A stretch of DNA of 64,000 nucleotides from the human T2T-CHM13v2.0 reference genome, Homo sapiens. Under the pieces are notes generated by a model. The model had not been told where the DNA came from and searched no databases. It saw nothing but the letters and a program-made list of their open reading frames with translations. Shown piece after piece: positions 22,152 to 37,070 of this stretch. The DNA lies in NCBI RefSeq assembly GCF_009914755.1, contig NC_060934.1, one strand, 5' to 3'. Position numbers and translations under genes: made by a program. Within the stretch, counting starts at the first letter, position 1, and the number at the start of each line of letters is the position of its first letter.

Positions 22152-22684
22152 AAAGAGCCTCAGAGTGGAACTCCTTTGGACACAGTACATTTTATTTCAG
22201 TTCTGCGTCATCATGGATAATGATGATCAGCTTGAGCTGATGTGGGTATGGAGGCTCTTCAGATGAAATCCATGGAGGTGGGAGGGGTTCCGCCTGGGGT
22301 GCTGATCTGTTCTGAAAGCATCTCCACCGTTTATATACAAAATTGGCAAAATTGCAGAAATCCAAAGTTTTCAGAAACGCCATGGGCTATCAAATTCCAG
22401 GGAGGTAACCCATAAAAATCCTCCAGGTCTGGAAAATGCAACAAGAGGAAGAAGAACCAGACCTATTTAACTGACATGGGGAAATGGGGAAAGCTGAAAA
22501 ACTGAATTACAGGCAATCATTATGTGGAAATGGAAGCATGATTTCCTTCAGCCAGGAATACCAGAAAACCAAATAAATAAATAAATCTCAACCTATTAGT
22601 GTCACACTATAATACATAATTAAAATTTTAATCTAATGGAACATATTAAATAATACAGTATATAATAAATAATACATAATATGT

Positions 22685-22800
22685 TTTGATACAGACATGC
22701 AATGTGAAATAAGCACTTCATGGAGAATGGGGTATCTGACTCCTCAAGCATTTATCCTTTGAGTTATAAACAATCCAATTACACTCTGTAAGTTATATGC
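22685..22800 (-). mobile_element. L1MA 3'UTR fragment in AT-rich low-complexity DNA
   Basis: CCTCAAGCATTTATCCTTTGAGTTATAAACAATCCAATTACAC, antisense to the L1MA 3' UTR. Confidence 0.75.
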
Positions 22801-22899
22801 AATAATATTATATAACACGTAACTAATATGAAAACTAATATATTAATATATGATTCATTTAATATACATAACATATAACAGTTAACTTTTAATAACAAT

Positions 22900-23110
22900 G
22901 TATTAAGCACTAACCAGATGTGAAGCAATATGCTAACCGTTTAGCACATATGAGCTTCCTCCTGTGGCTGAAGGAAGCAGGTGCTGTTATTACACGTGCG
23001 TTACACACCAGGCTAATGAGGTTCATCACTTGTAACCAAGGAAAGGGCACAGAGCAAAGAAATAGATTCAGAGCCAGGACCCCCCCAACTATCCAGAGCC
23101 CACACTTAAT
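22900..23110 (-). mobile_element. MIR
   Basis: TATTAAGCAC...TGCTAA...GGTGCTGTTATTAC...GATTCAGAGCCAGG diverged MIR pattern. Confidence 0.55.
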
Positions 23111-24619
23111 CACGAATTTCACCGCCACTTAGGACAACATTCGGGCTCTCATGTCCTTTTGATCCCTGCCACAAGGGATCATCTCTGAGCCAGGACAGGG
23201 GACAGGTGTCAACAATTTGTGCAGCAGCAAGATCAAGAAGACCACGTAGGCCTTCCTCATTTCTGGAGAGTCAGTAACCTTCAGACATGACAGCTGTACT
23301 TTCTCTTTGTGGTACCTAAACACAGCAAGTGCCAACGCGGGAGCAATGGTACCCTCATTAAGGTGTGTCTCATGATCTCCATCTGCATCTCTGGCAGGAA
23401 GTTGGGAGCCGGGCCCCCTGGGCCCTCCTGCATATGCTGGCCCAATTCAGCAGCAAACCCAAAGCAAGGTGGCTGGAGTCAGGAGACACTGATTCAACTA
23501 AAGCAATAAAATTAAAGTAATTCAAACATAAAACAATTTCTGAAGTCTAGTCAATACAAGGTGTGGCCAGGGTTACATCTGGGTAGCAGCAAGGAAGGGG
23601 TAGAAATGCCCCAGCAGCCAAGAGCATCCTAACAGGATGGATAGATTACCGTAACTATTTCAAAGTAAAAATCAGGACTTAGACTCCCCTATAACTGGTA
23701 AGCTACAGTGGTAAAGAGCAGGTCTCACTCTCCTTTACAAATCCGAAGCTAAGGATTAAAGGATGCCACAAGATGAAATGTGAGAGAGCTTCTCACCCAG
23801 TCTGATCATGTGCACATGAAGTGGGTGTGGGGCTCTACTCGAGGTCACACTGGATGGAAAAGCAGGAGCCCAACCTGACCCCTGGCTCCCTGGCGCTCCC
23901 TGCTGCCACCACGAAACTGGATGAGCTTAGGTTCATGATCAGTGAGACTTTATATTCATTCCACATTCAGTATTTAAAAAAAAATCAAGGCAAAATAAAA
24001 AAAGTGTTTAACGACAACAGGTCTTTCTCTTAAAAAGAATAGTCTTACTGCAAGCTCCTGTGTATTTGCTAGCATTATGTTACAACAAATTCAGTAGATT
24101 TATCATAAAAATTGACCTGTAAAATCTTAAATACAAATAAAAAATACAAGAGAAAAGTTTGAGAATAAAACAAACCTACCCTCTCTGTAGGAAATTTTTC
24201 ACCCATAAAATACTAAAGGCTATGCCCTTAAAATAAATTTCACCAAAAATATCTTTATTGATGACTATGGATTCTGAACATTTCTTTAATAAGGAAGGAA
24301 TGGAACTTGAGCCATCTATTACATAAAATAAACATGGGATTTTTTCCTTATCAAATGAAGCTACTTGAGGAAATAGACTCTGTCACCTTCCACTAGATGG
24401 CATTAAAGTCACATAATTAAGGACAGAAAAATTCACAGAGGAATGATCAATACACAAAACTACCATAGGGAATTCATTCTCCTCACCCTCACCCCCAGAT
24501 TATTGGAGTTTGCTGTTTGTTTGCTATTATGAGGACAAACCATGCTCATTATAAAAACACTTTTTTGAAAAACCAATAGAATAATTAGAGAAAAAGTGCA
24601 GTCTTATTTACCACCCTAA

Positions 24620-24860
24620 TAACATTAGCTACATGTATGGTGCCGGGAAAAGTGCAAAGTGCTTTATATGCATGGTTTCATTTAACCCGGATGGGAAATG
24701 AAGCCCTGTGAGATGATTATTATTACTGTGTTACAGATAAGAAAATTGAGGGTCCAGGTTAACTCATCCAGGATTACACAGGTAATACCTGACAGGACTA
24801 GCATTCTTGCCTGAGTCAATCTGACCCTGCAGGCTGACATCTCAAACACTTTTTCTCATC
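24620..24860 (-). mobile_element. MIR
   Basis: Core TTACAGATAAGAAAATTGAGG...GGTTAACTCATCCAGGATTACACAG. Confidence 0.7.
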
Positions 24861-25262
24861 GCCAAAGTCAAGCACGCTTAGCATCTTCCCTCTCAGTCTC
24901 TGAAAGGGTCTGCTTGTCTGTGGAGATACAACACAACAAAGGTTACCACGAACCTAAAAGTCCTTAGATGATCCCAATGCTTGCCATAAATTTTAACACT
25001 CGATCAACCTATATAAATTCCATCACACCTAATTATTTAACACATACAGGGAAGAATAGAAATATTGTGTAGGTAAATGACCAACTGTGTTTTCCAACTT
25101 CTTATTTCTTAGCAAATTTAAGGCTTTAAACTTAAGTGGCATGAAATGAAATGACCCTAACTATATGCCAAAACAAGAAACCACTGAGAAAAATATTTCA
25201 AGTGACTCTGTAACATAGTCCTTTGACTGTATGTCATTACTGGGATCTATTTTTTAAAGACA

Positions 25263-25579
25263 GGTCGGGCGCAGTGGCTCATGCCTATAATCCCAGCACT
25301 TTGGGAGGCCAAGGCAGGCAGGGCGTTTGAGGTCAGGAGTTTGCGACAAGTCTGACCAACATGGTGAAACCTCATCTCCACTAAAAATACAAAAATTAGC
25401 CAGGTGTGGTGGCGCATGCCTGGCTCAGCTACTCAGGAGGCTGAGGCAGGAGAATCGCTTTAACTCAGGAGGCGGAGGTTGCAGTGAGGCGAGATGGCAC
25501 CACTGCACTCCAGCCTGGGCAATAGAGTGAGACTCCATTGCAAAAAACAAAAACAAAAACAAAAACAAAAACAAAAAAC
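25263..25579 (+). mobile_element. Alu (AluS-like) with (CAAAAA)n tail
   Basis: Full dimer; tail converted to a microsatellite. Confidence 0.95.
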
Positions 25580-26752
25580 TACCAAGGAATCTTAAATCTC
25601 TTAAATCTCATTTAGTAGTTTGTTAATACTAACACTTATAAGGTAATTTGAAACTATACAGGTATACTGTAAGATAACACAAGAGATAATTGTGTTGATA
25701 TTATTAGAAACCAAGATTTTCAGTATAAGAGAAATGAGATACAAGTAGAGGGTAAATGTAGGTTTTTTAAAGGCCTGTAAGTATTTAATTTAAACAAGAA
25801 GCATATGATTTTTAGAAATATGTTTCCTAGTTCTGTCCATTGAAAGGTCTAGAAGCAATGTTACCCCTTCCCCAGGAAACTTAGACCCCCAGTCCCATCA
25901 TTTGGTTTCTCTTACTGTTCTTTCTGAAAAGGAATCCAGGACCACTGGAGAAGTAGCCTATTTAATATCAGGGTCAGGGACTGTACAAAGCGAGACTGGG
26001 CCAGCTCGTGTCAGAAAAGAAGGAAACATCTAGAGACTAGTAGAGCCACGTCCAAAGGACACGAGAGCCAGTCCCCGGGGACTCCACATGACCCAATTTT
26101 TGATGATATAAGCATCACAAAAATAATAATAATTTATTGAAACATTAAACATATTAAAATGTTTAAGTCTATGCTGATACTCAAAAGAAGAGAAATCCCA
26201 TACAGCAAAACAAAAAGTTGTGACCAATGAAGATGACTGTTTCACCAAATACATTACTCTAAAAACCGGTCAATAAAAGAAAAGAATTAAGCAATTATTT
26301 TGCCTTTTTAATAGGAATTGTATTTCAGTGAAACCAAATAAGTTCAGTTGAGATGATAGAAAGCTCGTTTTTACAGAAAAATGCCAGTTAGTGAATGTTA
26401 AACTAATGAAAGAACTAGAAAATTTCAATTTTGCAACTCCCAGTTCCTACGTGAACAATTGATTCAGGTAGAGGTCATTAATGGAAAACAAAAGCAATAG
26501 CAATTCTTATCGGGAAATATCTTTACCTGTGGAACTGGATTTTCACAATGTATCCAGGCATCACTCCATGGACTAGTGGCTGATGACCTTTGCAATGAAG
26601 AGATCAGCTGTCGTTCCCTAACCCAATGATCAAACCCCATGTCAGGAATAGTAGACGCGCCTGACATTATGTGCCTTCTATTGTGATGAGGTAAATAATT
26701 TAACCTGAATCTAAACACAGCTTTAGACGTGTTAAAGAAAAATAAAAATGGA

Positions 26753-27440
<688 letters not shown>

Positions 27441-27916
27441 TTAAAGGTAACCTAAAGCCAACTGCCCACAACCATGTAATCAAAACTTTAAGTCATCCTG
27501 ATTTCCCCTAAATGCTAGTTCTCGTCACAAATGAAATACAAGATGTAAGTCTTATGGCCTTGTCAGCATGATTCAGTGAAATTAAATCAAACAGCTATAA
27601 ACAGATTGGCTAAAACAACTCTATTTGCCTTCCAAAAAAAGAAAATATAATAGCCAATCACAAAAAATATCAAAATACTTTCTCCTTAAACTCTGTGGAA
27701 ACTGCTAATTAAACAGTGCACTTCCTACCACTTGGTTTGAAGTCTCCTGGATTGTGATCTGTAGTTTTAAATGACAATAAAATTTTAAATTTGTCCTACT
27801 TGATCTGATTTTAGTTTTCATAGACTAAACTTTCAGTGTATAGAAAATCCAAAGGATAGAGTAATAAGTGAAACATCCCCAGAAGGAAACAATCAGACAA
27901 TTTCAGATTGTGGGAC

Positions 27917-28211
27917 TCTTATTTTTGAGACAGAATATCACTCACTCTGTTGCCCAGGCTAGATAGAGTACAGTGGCATGATCTCTGCTCACTGCAGCCT
28001 CTGCCTCCCAGATTCAAGCGATTCTCCTGCCTCAGCATCCTGAGTAGCTGAAATTATAGGCGTGCACCACCACGCCTGGCTAATTTTTGTATGTTTAGTA
28101 GAGACGGGATTTCACCATGTTGGCCAGGCTGGTCTCGAACTCCTGACCTCAAGTGATCCACCCGCCTCGCCAAAGTGCTGGGATTACAGGTGTGAGCAAC
28201 CATGCCCAACC
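27917..28211 (-). mobile_element. Alu (AluS-like)
   Basis: TSD CAGATTGTGGGAC at 27904-27916 and 28212-28224. Confidence 0.95.
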
Positions 28212-28272
28212 CAGATTGTGGGACCTTCTATGAGTTGAGTGGAGAGCTCTTTTCAAAAAATTAACTCGTTTT

Positions 28273-28328
28273 GCCTGACCAACAAGAGGGAAACTCTGTC
28301 TCAAAAAAAAAAAAAAAAAAAAAAAAAA
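28273..28328 (+). mobile_element. Extremely 5'-truncated Alu (last ~30 nt plus poly-A)
   Basis: GCCTGACCAACAAGAGGGAAACTCTGTCTC followed by A26. Confidence 0.8.
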
Positions 28329-28362
28329 GAATAAAATAACACATTTAAATAAAAAATTAGAG

Positions 28363-31300
28363 AGAGAGGTGGAGTAAGATGGTGGAATAGAAAGCTCCAC
28401 TGATTGTCTCCGCCTTCCCCACCCTCACCAGCCTGGGCCCAGCAAGGACATCAAGTTAACTGTCTACACAGAAAGAAACACCTTCATAAGAACCAAAAAT
28501 CAGTCCGTAGATTTAACTTCATATCACTGAAAGAGGCACTGAAGAGATAGAATAAACAGTCTGGAATTGTCGATGCCACCCCTCCCACCCCTGGTAGTGG
28601 CAGCATGGTGCTGAGAGCTTCTCTGGGTGCTAGGGGGTGGAGAGCACAGCAACTGAGAGGAATTGAACTCAGTGCTGTCCTGTTAGAGCAGAAAGGAAAC
28701 CCGGACAAAACTCAGCTGATGCCCGCCCACAGAGGGAGCATTTAAAGCAGCTCTAGCCAGAGGGGAATCACAAACCCCAGGGGACCAAACTTGAGTGCCT
28801 GAAAACCCCTCCATTGAGGGCTACAGCACTCTATGTCTCCAAGTAAACTTGAAAAGGAGTCTAGGCCATAAGAACTGCAACTCTTAGTCGAGTCCTAGTG
28901 CTGAATTAGGCCCAGAGACAGTGGACTGAGGGGGCACGTGGCACACTGAGACACCAGCTGGGGCAGCCAAGGAAGTACTGACATCACCCCTCTCCTAACC
29001 CCAGCCTGCACAGCTGGAGGCTCCAAGAGACCCCTTCCTTCCATCTGAGGAGAGGAGAGGGAAGAGTGAGGAGGACTTTGTCTTGCATCTGGGATACCAG
29101 CTCAGCCACAGCAAGAGGGCACTGGGCAGTCATGAGGCCCCCATTCCAGGCTCTACCTCCCAGATGGCATTTCTAGACACACCCTGTGCCAGAAGGGAAC
29201 CTGCTGCCTTGAAAGGAAGGACCTAGTCTTGCCAGCATTCATCACCTACTAACTGAAGAACCTTTGGGCCCAGAATAATCAACAGTGATACTCAGGCACT
29301 ACATCAGGGTCTTGTGCCTCTCAGGCTTGCAGGCTTTGAGTGAGACCCAGCACATTCCCAGCTGTGGCGGCTATGGGGCAAATTCCTTCTGCTTCAAAAA
29401 AGCAAAGGGAAAAGTAAAGGGGACTTTGTCTTATACCTTAGGTACCTGCACAGCAAGGGGGGTAAAGCACCAAGTGGGCCAGATGCCAGGGCTTGACTCT
29501 TGGATGGCATTTCTGGACCTCCCCTAGGCAAGAGGGGAGTCCACTGCCCTGAAGGGGGAGTCCTGGGCCAGGGAGCGTCTGTGACAAACTGACTTAAGAG
29601 ACCTTGGGCCTTAAGGGAACATGGGCGGTAGTCTGGCAGTACTCCTCATGGACTGGGGTGGCAGAGGCTACAGGGTGAGGCTCCTCTGCTTTGGAAAAGG
29701 GAGGAAGGAGTCAGAAGGACTGTGTCTGGTGGTTTGAGTGCCAGCTCAGCTGCAATACAGTAGAACACCAGGTAGACATCCACAATTTTTGACTCTAGTT
29801 CCTGACTCCACAATGGCACCTGACTCCCCATTGGCACTTTTGATCCCACCCAGGGCATGGGGGACCTCACCTTCCTGAAGGGAAGGAGACAGGCCTGGCT
29901 AGCTTTGCCACCTGCTGATGGTAGAGCCCCATGGCCTTGACTGAACATAGGCAGTAGCCAGGGAGTGGTTACAGCAGGTCTTGGACCAGACCCAGTGCAT
30001 TCATAGTAGTGGTGGTGGCCACAGGGGTTCTTGTGTCACTCCACCCCCAGCTTTAGGTGGCTCAGAACAGAGAGAAAAGGAAAGAGAGAGAAAGAGAGAG
30101 AGAGAGAGAGACTCTGTAAGTGTGGGAAAAATTAAGGGAAGTGAACAAGTCTCTGTGGTAATCCAGAGAAAGCTCCCAGGTCTGGTCCAAGATCACAAGG
30201 TGGTACCTCTACTTGAGTCTGCAAGAACTACAGCATAACTTGACTTGGGATTCCCCTAAAGCAGATGCAGCTTATATCACAACATCTAAGTCCTTTCAAA
30301 TATATTGAAAGCCTTCCCAAGATGGATGTCTACCAATAAGTCCAGACAGTGAAGACTGCAATAAATGCCTAACTCCTCAATCCCCAGACACCAAAGAACA
30401 TCTGCTAGCATCAGTGCCACCCAGGGAAACATGACCTCACCAAATGAAGGAAATAAAGCACTAGGAATTAATCCTGGAGAAATAGAGATATGTGATCTTT
30501 CAGACACAGAATTCAAAATAGCTGTGTTGAGGAAACTCAAAGAAAATCAAGATAACATAAAGAAGAAATTCAGAATTCTATTAGATAAATTCAACAAGGA
30601 GATTGAAAAAATTTTTAAGAATCAAGCAGAAACTCTGGAGCTGAAAAATGCAATTGGCATACTGAAGAATGCATCAACATCTTTTAGTAGCAGAACTGAT
30701 CAAGCAGAAGAAAGAATTAGTAAGCTCAAAGACAGGCTATTTGAAAACACACAGTCAGAGGGGACAAAAGAATAAAAAAACAATGAAGCATGCCTACTGG
30801 ATCTAGAAAGTAGCCTCAAAATGGCAAATCTGAGAGTTATTGTCCTTAAAGAAGATGTAGAGAAAGAGATGGGGTAGAAAATTTATTTAAAGGGATAATA
30901 ACATAGAACTTCCCAAACTGAGAGAAAGGTATCAATATCCAAGTACAAGAGCACCAAGCAGATTTAACCAAGAAAACCAAACAGATTTAACCCAAGAACT
31001 ACCTCAAGGCATTTAATAATCAAGCACCCATATGTAAAGGATTAAAACAAGGATCCTAAATGCAGCAAGGGAAAAGAAACAAATATCATATAAATGGAGT
31101 TCCAATATGTTGGGCAGCAGACCTTTCAATGGAAAACTTATAGGCCAGAAGAGAGTGTTTTGATATATTCAAAGTGCTGAAGGAAAATAACTTTTACCCT
31201 AGAATAGTATATCCAGCAAAAATATCCTTCAAGCATGAAAAAGAAATGAAGACTTTCCCAGACAGACAAAAGTTGAGAGATTGCATCAGTGCCAGGCCTG

Positions 31301-34300
31301 TCCTAAAGGAAATGCTAAAGGAAGTATTTCAATCTGCAAGAAAAGGACATTGATGAGCAATAAATAATCACCTGAAGGTACAAAACTCACTGGTAATAAT
31401 AAGTACACAGAAAAACACAGAATATTATCACACTGAAACTGTGGTGTAGAAACTACTCTTATCCTAAGTAGAAAGACTAAATTATGAACCAATCAAACAT
31501 AATAACTTCAAAAACTTTTCAAGACATAGTACAATAAGATACAAATAGAAACAACAAAAAGTTAAAAAGAAGTTAAGATGTAGAGTTTTCATTAGACTTC
31601 TTTTTGCTTGTTTGTTTATGCACATAATATTAAGGTGTTGTCAGGTTAAGGTAATGGGTTATAAGATAGTATTTGCAAGCTTCATGATAATCTCAAACCA
31701 AAAAATACAATGGATACACAAAACATAAAAAGCAAAAAACTAAATCACATCACTAGAGAAAATCACCTTCACTAGAAGAAGACAGGAAAAGGAAGAAAAG
31801 AGAGAAGGAAGAGAAGACCAGAAAACAAATAACAAAATGGCAGAAAAAAGTCCTTATTTATCAATAATAACATTGAATGTAAATGCACAAAACTCTTCAG
31901 TCAAAAGACATAGACTGGCTGAATGGATGAAAAAACAAGACCCATTGACCTGTTGCCTACAAGAAACATACTTCACCTATAAAGACACACGTAGTCTGAA
32001 AATAAAAGGATGGAAAAAGATATTTCATGCCAGTGAAAACCAAAAAAGAGCAGGAGTCACTATACTTATATTATAGAAAATAGATTTCAAGACAAAAACT
32101 ATAAGAAGAGACAAAACAGGTCATTCTATAATGATAAAGGGGTCAATTCAGCAAGAGGATATAATAATTTTAAATATATATGCACTTAACACTGGAGCAC
32201 CCAGATATATAAAGGATATGTTATTATATGTTATATAAAGGATATATTAAAGAGAGAGAAGCCCCAGTACAACAATAGCTGGAGACTTCAACACCCCACT
32301 TTCAGTATTGGACAGATCTTCCAGACACAAAATCAACAAAGAAACATCAGACTTAATCTGCACTATAGACCAAATGGATCTAATAGGTATTTACAGAACA
32401 TTTCATTCAAGAGCTATAGAATACACATTCTTTTCCTCAGTATATGGATTATTCTCAAGGACAGACCATACGTTAGGTTACAAAACAAGTCTTAAAACAT
32501 TCAAACAAATTGAAATAATATCAAGCATCTTCTCTGACCACAATGGAATAAAACTAGAAATTAATAACAAAAGAACTTTTGAAACTATACAAATACATGG
32601 AAATTAAGTAATATGCTCCTAAATGACCAGTGGATCAAAGAAGAAATTAAGAAGGAAATTGAAAAATTTCTTGAAACAAAGATAATGGAAACTCAACATA
32701 CCAAAATCTATTGTATACAGCAAAAGTAGTACTAAAAGGGACATTTATAGCTCTAAGTGCCTACATCAAAAAAGAGGAAAAACTTCAAACGATGCATCTT
32801 AAAGAACTAGAAAAGCAAGAGCAAATCAAACCCAAAATTAGTAGAAGAAAATAAATAAGAAAAATCAGAGCAGAAAGAAATGAAATTGTAATGAAAGAAA
32901 ACAATACAAAAGATCAATCAAAAAGTTGTTTTCTTTTTAAAGTTAAACAAAATTGACAAACCTTTAATCAGACTAAGAAAAAAAGAGAGAAGAACCAAAT
33001 AAATAAAATCAGAAATGAAAAAGGAGACATTAAAACTGGTACTGCAGAAATTAAAATGATTATTATCGGCTACTATGAGCATTTATATGCCAACGAATTG
33101 GAAAATTTAGTAGAACTGGAAAAATTCCTAGTCACATACCTACTGAGATTGAACTAAGAATAAATGCAAAACCTGAATAGACCAATAACAAGTAACAAGA
33201 TCAAAGACATAATAAAAAGTCTCCTACTAAAGAGAAGCCCAGGACCTGATGGCTTCACTGCTGAATTCTACCAAACATTTAAAGAAGAATTAATACTAAT
33301 CCTACTCTAACTATTCAAAACAATAGATGAGAACGGAATACTTCCAAATTCATTCTATGAGGCCAGTATTACCCTGATACCAAAACCAGACAAAGACACA
33401 TAAAAAAAACTACAAGTAAATATCTCTGATGAATACTGAAGCAAAAATCCTCAACAAAATACTAGGAAACTGAATTCAACAATACATTAGAAAGATCATT
33501 TATCATGACCAAGAGGGATTTATCCCTGGGATGCAAGGATGGTTCAACATACACAAATCAATCAATGTGATACATTGTATCAACAAAATGAAGGATAAAA
33601 GCCATATGATCATTTCAATTGGTGCTGAAAAAGCATTCGATAAAATTCAACTTCCTTCATAATAAAAACCTTCAAAAACTGGGGATAGAAGGCACATAGC
33701 TCAATATAATAAAAGCGATATATGACAGACCCACAGATAGTATCTTACTGAACGGGGAAAAACTGAAAGCCTTTCCTCTAAGATCTGGAACACAACAAGG
33801 ATGTCCACTCTCACCACTGTTATTCAACATAGTACTGGAAGTCCTCTCTAGAGCAACCAGGCAAGAGAAAGATATAAAAAGTATCCAAACTGGAAATGAA
33901 GAAGTCAAATTATCCTTGTTTGCAGAAGATATGATCTTATTTTTGGAAAAACCTAAAGACTCCACAGGAAAACTATTAGAACTGATAAACAAATTCAGTA
34001 AAGTTGCAGGATACAAAATCAACATACAAAAATCAGTAGCATTTCTATGTGCTAACAGTGAACAGTCTGAAAAAGAAATTTAAAAGTAATCCCATTTACA
34101 GCAGCCACACATAAAATTAAATACCTAGGAATTAACTTAACCAAAGGAGTGAAAGTTCTCTATAATAGAAACTATAAAACACTGATGAAAGAAACTGAAT
34201 AGGGCACCAAACAATGGGGAAAATTTTCCATGTTAATGAATTGGAAGAATCAATATTGTTAAAATGTTCATGCTACCCAAAGCAATCTACAGATTAACTG

Positions 34301-36048
34301 CAATCTCTATGGAAATACCAATGACAGTCTTCACAGAAATAGAAAAAAAACCCAAAATTTATATGGAACCACAAAAGATCCAGAATAACCAAAGCTATCC
34401 TAAGCAAAAAGAACAAAACTAGAGGAATCACATTACCTGACTTCAAATTATACTACAGAGCTATAGTAGTCAGAATAGCATGGTGTTGGCACAAAAACAG
34501 ACACATAGATCAACGGAGCAGAATAGAGAACCCAGAAACAAATCCACAACCTACAGTGTACTCATTTTTGACAAAGGTGCCAAGAGCATACACTGGGGAA
34601 AAGACAGTCTCTTCAATAATGGTGCTGGGAAAACTAAATATCCATTTGCAGAAGAATGAAACTAGACCTCTATCTATCACCATATACAAAAATCAAATCA
34701 AAATGGATTAAAGATTAAATCTAAGACCTCAAACTGTGAAACAACTACAAGAAAACATTGGAGAAAATCTCCAGGACATTGGTCTGGGCAAAGATCTTTT
34801 GAGCAACACCCCACACGCACAGACAACCAAAGCAAATATGAACAAATGGGATCACATCAAGTTAAAAAGCTTCTGCATAGCAAAGGATACAATAAAAAAA
34901 GTGAAGAGACAACTCACAGAATGGGAGAAAATATTTGCCAACTATTCATCTGACAAGGAATTAATAACCAAAATATATAAAGAGCTCAACCAACTCTATA
35001 AGAAAAAAGTCTAATAATCTAATTTTTTAAATGGACAAAAGATTTGAATAGACATTTCTCAAAAGAAGACATACAAATGGCAAGGAGGCTTATTAAGAGG
35101 AGCTCAATATCATTAATCATCAGGGAAATGCAAATAAAAACTAAGGAACTCAGTATCATTAATCATTAGGGAAATGCAAATAAAAACTACAGTGAGATAT
35201 CATCTTGCTCCAGTTAAAATGACTTATATCCAAAAGACAGGCAATAACAAATGCTGGTGAGGATGTGGAGAAAAGGGAACCCGTGTACACTGCTGGTAGG
35301 AATGTAAATTAGTACAACCACTATGGAGAACAGTTTGCAGGCTCCACAAAAAACTAAAAATTAAGCTCCCATGTGATCTAGCAATCCCACTACTGGGTAT
35401 ATACCCAAAAGAAAGGAAATCAGTATATCAAAGAGATATCTGTGCTTCTATGTTTGTTGCAGCACTGTTTGCAATAGCTAAGATTTAGAAGCAACCTAAG
35501 TGTCCAATAGATGAATGGATAAAGAAAATGTGGTACTTATACCCAATGGAATACTATTTGGCTATAACAAAGAACGAGATCCAGTCATTTGCAACAACAT
35601 GGATGAAACTGGAGATTATTATGTTACATGAAATAAGCCAGGCACAGAAAGACAAACATTGCATGTTCTCTCTTATTTGTTGAATCTAAAAATCAAAACA
35701 ATTGAACTCATGGACATTGTAGAAGGACGGTTACCAGAGGCTGAGAAGGGTAATGGAGGGCTGAGTGGAGGTAGCGATAGTAAACAGATAAAAAAAAAAA
35801 AAGAATGAATTAGACCTACTATTTGATAGCACAACAGAGTGACTATATTTAATAATAACTTAATCGTACATTTAAAAATAAAAAATGTAATTGGATTGTT
35901 TGCAATTCAAAGGATAAATGCTCGAGGGGATGGATACCCCATTTGATACCCCATTACCCAAGTGCTGATTTCACATTGCATGCCTGTATCAAAATATCTC
36001 ATGTACCCCATAAATACATACACCTGCTATGTACCCACAACATTTTTT
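28363..36048 (+). mobile_element. Full-length old L1 (L1MA1-3-like): ~2-kb 5'UTR, ORF1 from 30365, ORF2 from 31837, 3'UTR; ORFs disrupted
   Basis: 5' AAGATGGTGGAATAG; ORF1 and ORF2 peptides in the ORF track; L1MA-type 3' end; TSD TAAATAAAAAATTAGAG (28346-28362) / TAAATAAAAAATTTGAG (36049-36065). Confidence 0.92.
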
Positions 36049-36734
36049 TAAATAAAAAATTTGAGGTGGGGTGAAGAGCTCTTCTAGAATAAAAGAAACA
36101 TAATGAACATGACAAAGACATGAGCAGTCTCATAAATACACTGGATTCTGATTTGGAAAAAAAGGCAAGAAGTTATTTAGAGAAAATCGAAAAAATTGAA
36201 ATATGAGATGTGTATAAGATAATAGTAGGGACTGCAGCTAATGTGTTAGTTGTGATCACGTACGAGAATGTCTTCCCCTTTTTTAGATGGATGCCGAAAT
36301 GTTTAAGGGTAAAAATTTAAAAGTTTATATTCTTAAAGGCTCCAACAACAAAATACATACATAAACAGAGATGAAGTAAATATAGCAATTATTTACGAAT
36401 TTAAATTTAATGTCTAGACTTTTTAGAATATAAGTTCAAATATATATAATTTAAAATAGTTTTGAAATCAGTTACATGGGATACTCTTAAACATTGTATT
36501 TTGGTACAGTCAGGTTTTTCCTAGTAAATGGACACTAGCATATATTTGGAGAAAAGATATTGTAAATAAAGTCTTTTCTCAGTTTGATATCAAGAATATA
36601 CATAACATATTTGAATAGAAGAGTGTATTTAACATATAGAGAGCCAAACTTTAAACATAAGATTCATTCTCTAGGTCAATGAATGATTGACAGAGAGAGA
36701 GAGACAGAGAGAATACCAATAAATACTATACATA

Positions 36735-36930
36735 AAGTACTTAATACTTGTGCTTAAGTGTTTTGCATGCATTATCTCATTTTCATCCTCACAATGTCCT
36801 ATGAGGTGGGCACTATTAGTTCTACTTTACAGAGGAAGAAACTGAGACTTGTAGGGACTAGCAGTTTACCCACTTAGCTGCTTGAAACTAGAGCCAAGAT
36901 TTGACTACAGGTCTACCTGTAATTAGAACT
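36735..36930 (-). mobile_element. MIR
   Basis: TGTGCTTAAGTGTTTTGCATGCATTATCTCATTT...TTTACAGAGGAAGAAACTGAGAC. Confidence 0.75.
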
Positions 36931-37070
36931 GAGAAATTCACCAGCTGAGAAAAGTTCCTGAGAGTCTACATAGGCCTAATGTTGCTTTAATATAGTTTTT
37001 CTCAATGAGGAGAGTTTGAAGCAAATTTTAGTTATGATTACCAGGGAGTGGTAAGGAAACAGGATATGGA

